From Candidatus Hodarchaeota archaeon (GTDB lineage Archaea; Asgardarchaeota; Lokiarchaeia; Sigyniarchaeales; SOKP01): DNA of 64,000 bases. The translations under genes were made by a program, and so were the position numbers. The notes below the pieces were generated by a model. It saw only the letters and a program-made list of their open reading frames with translations. It had not been told where the DNA came from and did not search any database. Shown here piece by piece: positions 32,097 through 41,579 of this stretch. How positions within the stretch are numbered: the first letter of the stretch is position 1; the number at the start of each line of letters is the position of its first letter. The stretch lies in contig JBHLKM010000001.1 of assembly GCA_048886685.1 (NCBI GenBank), positions 160,001-224,000 of the forward strand, in the 5' to 3' direction.

Positions 32097-33311
32097 TTAT
32101 AAAGAACATGATGTCACCCTTTCTTTAATTACCTTTAAAATTGTTGATTCGACAGGTGTGCACCCTTTGATAAATATGCCATTTTCTTTTTGATGTGTTG
32201 TACAATTTCCAATAAGAAATGTGTCTGAATAAAGATCTGATTCTTTAATTCCTTTACCAATTGCTAAATTCAAGGGTTTTTCAGGAGTATAATGTTTATC
32301 AATGAAATCTTTATTATTTTTCAATAAATTGAAGATTGTTGATAAACAAGCAGAACAAGATTCAATATCTATAAGGTTAACATTTTTATATTTAATTGTT
32401 ATTGATTTTGGGGGAGGTTCTAAAGGTTTGATAAATTCATCAATATTATCTGGAATTGTTATTATATCACTAGAGGATTTAATTGATGGAAATTTAAATT
32501 CTGAAAGCAATTTTAAATGAGGAACATCTTTGAGAGACCATTTTGGTTGAGATATTGCAAGAGCAATTATATCTGCTGCTAAAGGATTAGTAGACGCGAT
32601 AATAGTATCTAATTTTATCAGATTTCCTGACGATGGTCCCATACCTTCTTGAGCGTGCGAACCATCTATTATCGCCAAATCAGGAAAAATAATATTTCCA
32701 AGATCAGCTATAGCAACATCCAATTCTTTTACTTTACTCATTTTTTTTTTTAATTCTTCAATTATTTCTGGAGCCTGAAGATGGTGTAAGGTGATTTTAT
32801 CTCTTTTATATATTAATCCCTTCATATTTTTAAAACTTAGTGAGGCCCCACAATGCATATGCATTTTTAATACGGGAATAGAAATAAAATAGTCAATTTC
32901 ATGCCAATATCCTGTTAGTCTTATGCTTTTCAGAATTTTTCCATTTAGGATATCTTTCTTCACTGGAGTGGGTTCATCTAAATCAACAAATTGAAGATCA
33001 TTGTGTTGTAATAATCTTTTATAACCTGATTGCTCAAAAGCTTTATATGTATCAGTATTAATAATTGGGGAATCCCCAATTAAATAATTTGCTTCATAAC
33101 GGTTATTTAGATAATTAAAAATTGTTTCTACCACTTCTGGGTTAGTATTAATCCCTAACTTTGGATCAACTTCTCTACTGACATTTGGCTTCAATAAAAC
33201 TGTTTTTCCAGAGAGATCTGGAATCTCAATATTATCTAGGGCAGTTTGAACTGCTTTTGAAATATCAATATTACGAGCGACAGAAACTATAGGTTTTTTC
33301 TCCCCATTCAT
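32097..33311 (-). CDS. DUF362 domain Fe-S protein
   Basis: LLKPN, PVLKMH, SFKNMKG, DG...EGMGP, C-terminal CSAC/GNC/GC. Confidence 0.85.
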   Translation of the reverse strand: MNGEKKPIVSVARNIDISKAVQTALDNIEIPDLSGKTVLLKPNVSREVDPKLGINTNPEVVETIFNYLNNRYEANYLIGDSPIINTDTYKAFEQSGYKRLLQHNDLQFVDLDEPTPVKKDILNGKILKSIRLTGYWHEIDYFISIPVLKMHMHCGASLSFKNMKGLIYKRDKITLHHLQAPEIIEELKKKMSKVKELDVAIADLGNIIFPDLAIIDGSHAQEGMGPSSGNLIKLDTIIASTNPLAADIIALAISQPKWSLKDVPHLKLLSEFKFPSIKSSSDIITIPDNIDEFIKPLEPPPKSITIKYKNVNLIDIESCSACLSTIFNLLKNNKDFIDKHYTPEKPLNLAIGKGIKESDLYSDTFLIGNCTTHQKENGIFIKGCTPVESTILKVIKERVTSCSL

Positions 33312-34180
33312 TGTGTCAAACCAAGATGTTCAATAATTTTATTCTTCATCAGATCTTTATTAGGTTTTTTATTTAACCACCATTCAAATGCTAATATTCC
33401 TTGATTAACAAGCATATCCAAACCGCCCAGTGTTACACATCCAATCTCCGCTGCCTCTTTCATCAACCTGGTTTCAAGAGGATTATAAACGACATCAAAT
33501 ACGAATAGATCATCATGAAGTAAATCTTTTGAGATGGGTGTGTCATTAACCTTAGGATACATTCCAATAGGGGTAGCATTGATAAGAATATCAGTATTCT
33601 CTATATATTTCTCAATGTTTTCCCGATTGCTTAATGTACCTTCAATATCTACTTTCATATTATCCCTAATTTCATTAGCAACTACGGTTGCCCTCTCCTC
33701 AATTAAATCAGTCAAAACAATTTTGTTTGCTTCTTCTGCTAAAATATACGCTATAGCTCTAGAAACGCCTCCTGAACCTAAAATGAGAACATTAGTTCCA
33801 GAGATATCTAATCCCATATCCAACAAGGATCTCTTTGCTCCACCAGCATCAGTATTCCTTGCCCTTAAAAACCCAGCTTCATTTTTTATTGTATTAATAG
33901 CACCTATTTTAAGTGCAATTGGATCAACTTCATCGATGTATCTAATAATTGCTTCTTTATGAGGGGTTGTGACGTTTACACCTTTGATTCCTAATGATCT
34001 TATGCCATTAATGGCTTTCTCTATACTTTCTGGGTGTACATCAAAAGCTACGTACACATAGTCAAGTTCAAGCTCTTTAAGAGCAGGATTCCACATTGTT
34101 GGAGACATACTATGTTCAATGGGGTGCCCTATGACACATAAAATATTAGTATGTGAAGTTATTCTTCTTTCAACAGGCAT
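33308..34180 (-). CDS. aroE: Shikimate dehydrogenase
   Basis: HSMSP, NVTTPHK, GAINT, NTD, GSGG, NATPIGM, DVVYNP. Confidence 0.95.
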   Translation of the reverse strand: MPVERRITSHTNILCVIGHPIEHSMSPTMWNPALKELELDYVYVAFDVHPESIEKAINGIRSLGIKGVNVTTPHKEAIIRYIDEVDPIALKIGAINTIKNEAGFLRARNTDAGGAKRSLLDMGLDISGTNVLILGSGGVSRAIAYILAEEANKIVLTDLIEERATVVANEIRDNMKVDIEGTLSNRENIEKYIENTDILINATPIGMYPKVNDTPISKDLLHDDLFVFDVVYNPLETRLMKEAAEIGCVTLGGLDMLVNQGILAFEWWLNKKPNKDLMKNKIIEHLGLTQ

Positions 34181-34287
34181 CTTGCAAGCAGAAGTTTTAA
34201 ATTTTATTTAATAATATGTTTAAGAAAAATTGTAATATATAATTATTTAGCTAAAGTGCAAGCAGTATAATGAGGTAAATATTACAT

Positions 34288-34842
34288 ATGGATAAAATTA
34301 AATTAAGTACAAGAATAGCTACGTTCCCTATGCCAGCAGCGGTTATATCTGTAGGAATTGGAGAAGAAGCGAATTTAATAACTCTCGCTTATGTTGGAAA
34401 GGTTTGCTTGAATCCACCAATTATAGCAATTTCTATACAACCAAGACGTCATTCTTATCAATTAATCGAAAAACACGGAGAATTTGTAATTAACTATCCA
34501 ACTATTAACCAATTACGAGAAATGGATTATTGTGGCACAAGATCAGGAAGAGATGTGAACAAATGGGAAGAGTTAAATCTGACTAGGGAAAAAGGGTCAG
34601 TAGTTCAAGTTCCGCTAGTAAAAGAATTCCCCTGGAACATGGAATGCAAAGTTATACAGAGAACAGAATTAGGATCACATGTTTGTTATTTTGGTGAAGT
34701 TGTTGCGGTCCATTGTGATTCGAAATTAATTAAGAATAATAATATCAATCCAGAAGAAATAAATACCTTTGTCTATGTATCAGGTAATTATATTAGTTTA
34801 GAAAAGAAGGTCATTGGAAAGCACGGGTTTTCATTGAATTGA
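34288..34842 (+). CDS. Flavin reductase family protein
   Basis: NLIT, GEFVIN, CGTRSGRDVNK, EC...GSH. Confidence 0.88.
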   Translation: MDKIKLSTRIATFPMPAAVISVGIGEEANLITLAYVGKVCLNPPIIAISIQPRRHSYQLIEKHGEFVINYPTINQLREMDYCGTRSGRDVNKWEELNLTREKGSVVQVPLVKEFPWNMECKVIQRTELGSHVCYFGEVVAVHCDSKLIKNNNINPEEINTFVYVSGNYISLEKKVIGKHGFSLN

Positions 34843-34885
34843 TTTCCTTATAAATTAGAAACTCAAATAGAATAAAAAGATAAAA

Positions 34886-35416
34886 ATGATAAAAAATTGC
34901 ATTGCCCTTATAGGATTTATGGCAACTGGTAAGACTACTATAGGAAAATATTTAGCGGAATATTTAGGAGATGCGTATAAATTCATAGAAACCGATCAAA
35001 TCATTATTGAGATGACAGGAAAATCAATCCCTGAAATTTTTTCAGAAGAAGGTGAGAAAAAATTTAGGGAATATGAAATTGAAGCTTGTAAAAAAGTTTC
35101 AAACCTTACTAAGGTAATAGTGTCATGTGGAGGTGGAGTAGTTCTAAATAAAACAAATATCGAAAACTTAAAAAAAAATTGTCATATTGTCTTGTTAGAA
35201 GCAACTATAGAGGAAATATATAAAAGAGCGATGAAAGATGGTAAAGAAACTAGACCTGTTATCAATAAGCAAGATCCTAAAAAAGAAATAGAAGATGTTC
35301 TAAATTATCGAAAATCCTATTATAAAGATGCCGCTGAGATTATTATTGAAACAACTGGGAAGAATATAGAAATGATTGTTGGGGAGATTGTTTCAAAGAC
35401 TCAATTAAATACCTAA
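34886..35416 (+). CDS. aroK: Shikimate kinase (bacterial AroK/AroL type)
   Basis: GFMATGKT, GEKKFR, CGGG, RP lid. Confidence 0.92.
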   Translation: MIKNCIALIGFMATGKTTIGKYLAEYLGDAYKFIETDQIIIEMTGKSIPEIFSEEGEKKFREYEIEACKKVSNLTKVIVSCGGGVVLNKTNIENLKKNCHIVLLEATIEEIYKRAMKDGKETRPVINKQDPKKEIEDVLNYRKSYYKDAAEIIIETTGKNIEMIVGEIVSKTQLNT

Positions 35417-35481
35417 ATTTAAATTTATTGAACCTACTAATTATTTAAATTACTTTATAAAAGGGTTAAGGTTTTTTAGAA

Positions 35482-35655
35482 ATGACTGAAGGTTGGAAAA
35501 GAGTTAAATGTCCTCAATGTGGCAATGAAAATCCACGCAAGCTTCATGAAGAAGCAGATAAGAATAGCGTGCTTTACTACAGTATGCAAGGCACCCCCGT
35601 GTATGCGAAAAGCATGAAATGTGGAGATTGCGGCAATCTTTTTAAGAAAAGCTAA
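35482..35655 (+). CDS. Small zinc-ribbon protein (57 aa, not in ORF track)
   Basis: MTEGWKRVKCPQCGNENPRKLHEEADKNSVLYYSMQGTPVYAKSMKCGDCGNLFKKS*. Two CxxCG motifs, GC-richer than its flanks. Confidence 0.75.
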   Translation: MTEGWKRVKCPQCGNENPRKLHEEADKNSVLYYSMQGTPVYAKSMKCGDCGNLFKKS

Positions 35656-35712
35656 AATTAGAATTATTCTATTTTCTTATTTTTTTAAATTTTATAATCA
35701 CTCAAAAATTTT

Positions 35713-36465
35713 TTAGTGATTTTCTTGGATTACGTCTAATACTTCTCTTATTTTATTTATACTGATTTGTCCTGGAGCAGTTTCCTCCACTAGTGAGCCA
35801 TAAGTTAAGAAAGAGCCATTTAGAACACACAAAATTCTTGAGAAGATTCCTAAATCCCCCATACAGAAGGAAATTATTTTCATATTTTGTTTCGAAATTT
35901 CTTTGCACAATTTTAAAGGGATTATATTATCTTCAAAATTTTGCGCTTTGAAAATCATTTTTAATATGATTTTTTCTCTATTTTGGGAATCTAATCCATA
36001 TTCTTCTCTTAGTCTATTTAAAAAATCTTTGATTTGATTGGAAAGTGTATCATAGGATGGTGTTTTATCAAAATCATGATATGAGAAAATCAAATTTACA
36101 TTATTTTGATTAGCTAAATTAATAATTTCACCTAAATTTCTTTTCTCTGTATTCATTTCTACATCCAGATAATTAGGTTGAGATAAAATTAGTGTTTTTA
36201 AAATTTCCAAACGCAATTTTTCATCAATTTCTATTTTTCCCCCTTCTTTATGGGTTCTAAATGTAAAGATGACAGGAATTTTAGGTTGGACATCACTTAT
36301 CAACTCATTTGTCAAATCTTGGGTAATTTTTTTAACATTATCAATGTAATCATATCTAAATTCAACTAAGTTGGGATTGGATCTTAATGAATTTTCTATT
36401 ATTGATTTTAACTCAATAATATTTGCGGATTTAACGGGTATCGGTACACATATATTAAATTTCAT
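35713..36465 (-). CDS. aroD: Type I 3-dehydroquinate dehydratase
   Basis: EFRYD, FTFRT..EGG, SYHDF, CMG..G..SR, APGQ. Confidence 0.92.
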   Translation of the reverse strand: MKFNICVPIPVKSANIIELKSIIENSLRSNPNLVEFRYDYIDNVKKITQDLTNELISDVQPKIPVIFTFRTHKEGGKIEIDEKLRLEILKTLILSQPNYLDVEMNTEKRNLGEIINLANQNNVNLIFSYHDFDKTPSYDTLSNQIKDFLNRLREEYGLDSQNREKIILKMIFKAQNFEDNIIPLKLCKEISKQNMKIISFCMGDLGIFSRILCVLNGSFLTYGSLVEETAPGQISINKIREVLDVIQENH

Positions 36466-36495
36466 AATAAATTAATAAGAATTGAAGAATTTTAT

Positions 36496-37164
36496 TTAAA
36501 TTCCTATTATTTTTTTTATATCATCCTTTGAATAACCCAATGTATCAGTAGCATCGACTTTTTTCAATTTTCCCCTTTTTTTATAATACTTAATAATAGG
36601 TTTTGCATTTTTTTCGTAAGTATCTAATCGGTTTTTCAGAGTTTCTTCAGTATCGTCACTCCTTTGCTTAAATTCTATTTCAGCTCCACACTTATCGCAT
36701 ATCCATTTATTTTCCTCTATTTGTTCTTTTGGTGGTAAAGTATATTTATTGTAGATTTCGTTGCATTCACTACAACTAAATCTTCCCAGTATTCGCTTTG
36801 TTATTATATCCCTACTGACTTCTAATAGAAGAAAAAAATCTTCTTCAGTAATTTCGCTTAATGCTTTTGCCTGAGCCATATTACGAGGAAACCCATCAAG
36901 AATGAATCCATTATTCTTTACATCTTCTTTACTCAATCTGTCTCTAACCATTTCAATGGTAACATCATCTGGAACTAATTCTCCTTTATCCATATAAGAT
37001 TTAGCTTTTAGTCCTAAGAGTGTTTGGTTTTTAAGATTCTCCCTAAATATATCTCCAGTACTAATATGAGTGATTTCTGGTAATACATCTTTAATTTGGC
37101 CAGAAAAAGTACCTTTTCCTGCACCAGGTGGCCCGAATAATATTAATTTCTTCATTTTTATCAA
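36496..37164 (-). CDS. adk: Adenylate kinase (bacterial/long type with Cys4 lid)
   Basis: GPPGAGKGT, STGDIFR, GELVPD, LDGFPR, CSEC..CDKC, QRSDD. Confidence 0.93.
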   Translation of the reverse strand: MIKMKKLILFGPPGAGKGTFSGQIKDVLPEITHISTGDIFRENLKNQTLLGLKAKSYMDKGELVPDDVTIEMVRDRLSKEDVKNNGFILDGFPRNMAQAKALSEITEEDFFLLLEVSRDIITKRILGRFSCSECNEIYNKYTLPPKEQIEENKWICDKCGAEIEFKQRSDDTEETLKNRLDTYEKNAKPIIKYYKKRGKLKKVDATDTLGYSKDDIKKIIGI

Positions 37165-37245
37165 GAATTTGATTATTTAATTGTAGATTATTAAATTTGA
37201 CATAAGTTATAATTATTTTGCTAAAATTAATGCATTTTAAAAAGT

Positions 37246-37833
37246 TTATCCCGTGAAATAAGATTTTTCTAATTTTTTAATTAAATATCCTACTTGTCGT
37301 TTTTCTCGCAAACTAAATAGGATGGCATAATCACGTTTTATTGAGGAACCATAATAAGAGTTACCAAAAAAGGTATTAGATTTATTAATTACCTCTAGTA
37401 ATAATTTTATATTTCCAATATGAAGATATATAGAAATATCATTGATTATCAGTATAGGAGTAGGATCCTTATTAAATATATGAAGAATTTCTGACGTCTG
37501 CTTAAAATTTTTACATGCATTTTGATATAGTTCAGTTTTATTACTTGATTTCAGACGAGGTGGGATAATTTCTCCTTTAAAAAAAATATTCTTACATTTA
37601 CTACTATTCTTGTAGAAATCCTGTATTTTACCACCAATTTTCAAATTTTGAATAATTTTCAATAATGGTGCAAAGTCTAAAATACTGATTTCTTTAGGAG
37701 AAATTTTTTTTGATTCGATAAGAAATTGAACAAATTTTGCCGTATAGTAAGTTTTTTTAGTATTAGTTTCACCATACAATAAAATATGGTGCCCCAAACA
37801 ATCATTAAATTCAAGTTCGTGATAAAATTTCAT
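37246..37833 (-). CDS. Hypothetical protein with degenerate P-loop
   Basis: LLYGETNTKKT and IINDISIYLH. Confidence 0.6.
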   Translation of the reverse strand: MKFYHELEFNDCLGHHILLYGETNTKKTYYTAKFVQFLIESKKISPKEISILDFAPLLKIIQNLKIGGKIQDFYKNSSKCKNIFFKGEIIPPRLKSSNKTELYQNACKNFKQTSEILHIFNKDPTPILIINDISIYLHIGNIKLLLEVINKSNTFFGNSYYGSSIKRDYAILFSLREKRQVGYLIKKLEKSYFTG

Positions 37834-37835
37834 TT

Positions 37836-38420
37836 TTAAATTAATGATTCATTATTTAATTGTCGAATAAAATCTACTCTTGAAATTCCAGCTCTTCTCA
37901 AGACTTTCAACATTAAATACCCCAATACACAACCAGGCACGCTACTCACTGTAAATAAACCCCAAAAAAACAACAATCCTTTAAGAGATACAATTCCTTG
38001 AACTGGAGTTATTATTTCTGCTATAGTACCGGCAATAAATACTGTTCCTAAAGGTTCGGTTAAAGCTGCTAAATCGATATGTTTGGGTTTATACCTCCAT
38101 AAAATATAAGCAGATGTTGACACCACGATAGCTCCAGCTAAATGACCATGAAACGCATGGATTGTTCCTAGTGCAAGTGAAAATCGTAAAATTGCTATAC
38201 CTAAAGCAGTAATGGATGAAAACAGTATTCCGATTAGAACACCCGTTATAGCATTTATAAAATGAGCAAACGGGAATATTTTGGCACCAATTATTGGTAT
38301 AAAAATAAAGGGATTGAGATGACTTAAGATTATACCGACACTGGTAAAAATGGCAGAAGTAGCAATTTTTTTTGTTGCTAAATTTTGAATTATAATTTTT
38401 TCTTTAGTTTTATCACTCAT
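37836..38420 (-). CDS. thiW: ECF thiamine-precursor transporter S component ThiW
   Basis: KIFPFAHFINAITGVLIG, GTIHAF, EPLGT. Downstream of thi4/thiN. Confidence 0.8.
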   Translation of the reverse strand: MSDKTKEKIIIQNLATKKIATSAIFTSVGIILSHLNPFIFIPIIGAKIFPFAHFINAITGVLIGILFSSITALGIAILRFSLALGTIHAFHGHLAGAIVVSTSAYILWRYKPKHIDLAALTEPLGTVFIAGTIAEIITPVQGIVSLKGLLFFWGLFTVSSVPGCVLGYLMLKVLRRAGISRVDFIRQLNNESLI

Positions 38421-38594
38421 ATGTTAGGACTTCTTTCCATTCAATTTCTCTATTTATATTAATAGGATTAATTTCATTGAATTAATTTATAGTTTAGCTT
38501 TATATTTCCTAAGTGGGAAAGAAAACACATAATAAAAATATAAGTCTGAGTCGCAGCTATCCTTTTAAAGGAGAATGATTATTTTTTTTTATTA

Positions 38595-39383
38595 TCAAAG
38601 AAGCTTTTCTATAATTAGTTTGGCAACTTTTTCACCTGAAAGTAACATACCTCCAAAAATAGGTCCCATTCGTTGTCCTCCAGAACATGCGTTTGCCGCC
38701 ATTCCCGCGACGAATAAATTCGGATAAATCTCTTTTGTAGTCTCAAGTAGTATTTTTTCACCTATTTCAGCGTTCATTGGAAGTTCACCTATTATTTTTC
38801 CTGTTGGAGTATTGATCTTTGCTCCTGGTATTTTTCGTAAAATAACTTTTACAATTTCACAATCATGACCTGTAGCGTCTATTACAGCTTTACTTTCAAA
38901 TGTCATGGGATCAACATGTAATTTTGCCATCTCTACAGCAGTCCAATTTATAACGACACCTGTAACCTTATAGTCTTTATTAATTTTTACATCTTCAACC
39001 GAAATTAAATTGAATATTTTTACTCCCATATCAATTGCTACAGCTGTTAATTTAGCAACAGATTCTACAGCATCTGCCACAAAATAATTAGGTTCATATT
39101 CCTCGGTTTTAATTTTATATAAGTCTAAAATTCTCTTAGCCTCATCTTGAACCACTATTTTATTAAACATCATCCCACCTCCAAACATACCTCCTCCCAC
39201 TGATAATTTCCTTTCGAAAATTACGGTTTTAAGTCCAGCTTCGGATAAAAATTTGGAAGCAATGAGACCAGCGGGTCCAGCACCAGCAATTATAACATCG
39301 GCTTTTAAATTATTTATCAAATCTTTTGAGTAAGCATCAATAATTGCTTTAGTTATGATAGTTTCATCCAACATATTCATCAA
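38595..39383 (-). CDS. thi4: Thiazole synthase Thi4 (sulfide-dependent type)
   Basis: GAGPAG, GGGMFGGG, LHVDP, DATGH, RMGPIFGGM. Confidence 0.93.
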   Translation of the reverse strand: MMNMLDETIITKAIIDAYSKDLINNLKADVIIAGAGPAGLIASKFLSEAGLKTVIFERKLSVGGGMFGGGMMFNKIVVQDEAKRILDLYKIKTEEYEPNYFVADAVESVAKLTAVAIDMGVKIFNLISVEDVKINKDYKVTGVVINWTAVEMAKLHVDPMTFESKAVIDATGHDCEIVKVILRKIPGAKINTPTGKIIGELPMNAEIGEKILLETTKEIYPNLFVAGMAANACSGGQRMGPIFGGMLLSGEKVAKLIIEKLL

Positions 39384-39447
39384 AACAAGTGAATAATATA
39401 ATTTTTAAATTGTTTAAATCGTATAAATACTAAATCCTTTAATAAAG

Positions 39448-40047
39448 TTATACTGGATTTAGGAGATTTATAATTTTTTCTAATTTATTTATCATATCAG
39501 AGGAATTTCTTCCAAACAATCTTATCATTGCTTCTTTCCCTATTGCTCCTTTATCCCAAATTGTATCAGGGATCTTTCCATTCTTATTAACACTCTCTTT
39601 AATTAACCATTGCATTGTAGAAAATTCTTTGTTTTTTATTTCTTTAGGTTCTTTATCTCTAGATATCTCTTTTGAAGACAAATCCGTTCTTTTCTGAATA
39701 TCTTCTATCAGTTCTGGAGTATATTTCAAATTCATTACAAAATTAATAGAATCATCGAACTCTTTCGCTGTAAGAACTAATCTTGCTGTATGTTCGGCAA
39801 CCCCAAATTTGATTTCTCCTGCAGCTTTAGGAAGTCCATTCACAATTGTAATCCTCCCATCGATTCCTGCGATATCTTCTTTGGTCTTTGCGTTTTTTAA
39901 AGCACCTGCTATATTAGTTCGTACTTCTGGAATTAATTTGCAGAATTTTTTTGTTTTAATAAAATTGTATATTTCATTAATCTGATCTATTACATTTAGC
40001 TGTTCCTTAGAATATGAAGGCTCAGTGAGCTTATTGTTTTCCATCAA
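39448..40047 (-). CDS. thiN: Thiamine-phosphate synthase ThiN family
   Basis: LIPEVRTN, GRIT, FG.AEH.AR, D.G..GKE. Confidence 0.85.
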   Translation of the reverse strand: MMENNKLTEPSYSKEQLNVIDQINEIYNFIKTKKFCKLIPEVRTNIAGALKNAKTKEDIAGIDGRITIVNGLPKAAGEIKFGVAEHTARLVLTAKEFDDSINFVMNLKYTPELIEDIQKRTDLSSKEISRDKEPKEIKNKEFSTMQWLIKESVNKNGKIPDTIWDKGAIGKEAMIRLFGRNSSDMINKLEKIINLLNPV

Positions 40048-40115
40048 ATCTATAAATAATATAAATTTATTTAATTTATCGGTTATTCCTAGATTTTTAG
40101 GTAGAGTATACTATT

Positions 40116-40805
40116 ATGATACAAATAGGAGATATTACATTAAATCCCAGTAAAATCATTTGTTTAGGTACTAATTACATGGATCATGTAGAAGAAACTG
40201 GATTAGAGGTACCTAAAGAACCATTACTCTTTCCAAAAACACTAAATTGCTTAATAACAAATAATCAACCAATTATTTATCCAAAATATTTGTATAATAA
40301 TAGAAGATATAATAGGGTAGATTATGAAGTAGAATTGGCATTTATTATTAAAGATAAATGTAAGAACATATCTTCTGATGATGCCTATGATCATATATTA
40401 GGATACACTGTTTTTAATGATATAACCGCTCGTAAGATGCAAACAAAAGATATAATTTCGCAAAAACCATGGTTTCGTTCTAAATCGTTTGATACATTCG
40501 GACCAATTGGTCCAATAATAAGAAATACAGACGAAATCAGAGATCCTCATAATCTTGATATTGAATTAAAGGTGAATGGTAAGATAAAACAGGCATCGAA
40601 TACAAAATATTTACTATTTAAGATCCCTGAGACTCTAGAATATATTACGAAATTATTTACAATGGAACCCGGAGACATAATTGCCACAGGTACTCCTGAG
40701 GGAATAGGAGCTGTTAAACCTGGAGATTTAATTGAAGCAACCATAGAAAATATTGGTACTCTTACAAATAAAGTAATTTTAGAGGGTGAGGAAGATAATT
40801 TATGA
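40116..40805 (+). CDS. Fumarylacetoacetate hydrolase family protein
   Basis: GTNY..H, DYEVEL, NDITAR, KSFDTF, ATGTP. Confidence 0.9.
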   Translation: MIQIGDITLNPSKIICLGTNYMDHVEETGLEVPKEPLLFPKTLNCLITNNQPIIYPKYLYNNRRYNRVDYEVELAFIIKDKCKNISSDDAYDHILGYTVFNDITARKMQTKDIISQKPWFRSKSFDTFGPIGPIIRNTDEIRDPHNLDIELKVNGKIKQASNTKYLLFKIPETLEYITKLFTMEPGDIIATGTPEGIGAVKPGDLIEATIENIGTLTNKVILEGEEDNL

Positions 40806-41473
40806 GAATTGGTAATACTGATATAGAGCCAACAAAAATCATTTGTATTGGTCGTAACTATTTAGAGCATGCAAAGGAGTTAGATTCTCCAATACCAACT
40901 GAGCCTGTTTTTTTTGTCAAGACTTTAAACTCACTAATAACTGGTGATAAACCCATAATTTATCCCAGAATATTATACGAAGATGAAAAATTTAACAGGG
41001 TAGACCATGAAGTAGAACTCGCTTTTATTCTATCAAAGAAATGTAAAAAAATTTCATCAAAAAATGCTTTTGATTATATCCAAGGTTATTCTGTTTTTCT
41101 GGACATTACAGCAAGAAAAATGCAAATTTTTGATAGAAACAAAAATTTACCTTGGTATCGCAGCAAAAATTTTGATACTTTTTCTGTTATCGGTCCCCGT
41201 ATAGTACCCTTAAGTGAAATTAAAGATCCTCATAATCTAAATATAGAATTAAAGGTAAATGAAGAAGTAAAACAATCTTCAAACACAAGTTATATGATTT
41301 TTAAAATTCCACGATTAATGGAATATATATCAAGTTTTTTGATGCTTGAACAAGGTGACATTGTTGCTACAGGTACACCAAACGGAGTAGGGCCAATTCA
41401 GCCAGGTGATATTATTGAAGCATCCATTGAAAACATTGGAAAAATAAGACATGAAGTTATATTAGAAGAATAG
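40802..41473 (+). CDS. Fumarylacetoacetate hydrolase family protein (tandem paralog)
   Basis: GRNY..H, DHEVEL, LDITAR, KNFDTF, ATGTP. Confidence 0.9.
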   Translation: MRIGNTDIEPTKIICIGRNYLEHAKELDSPIPTEPVFFVKTLNSLITGDKPIIYPRILYEDEKFNRVDHEVELAFILSKKCKKISSKNAFDYIQGYSVFLDITARKMQIFDRNKNLPWYRSKNFDTFSVIGPRIVPLSEIKDPHNLNIELKVNEEVKQSSNTSYMIFKIPRLMEYISSFLMLEQGDIVATGTPNGVGPIQPGDIIEASIENIGKIRHEVILEE

Positions 41474-41579
41474 AATTATTATTTATGGTTAGTTTGTTAT
41501 TCCATCTCATAACTTCTTTAATATTGCATATATATAAATTTGAATTATCTTCTTTAGAGTAGAAAAAACGATTTCAAAA

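Noticed and set aside
38421-38594. TPP riboswitch between thi4 and thiW
   Set aside because: Only short hairpins. No CUGAGA/ACCUG/GCGNAGG core on the coding strand.
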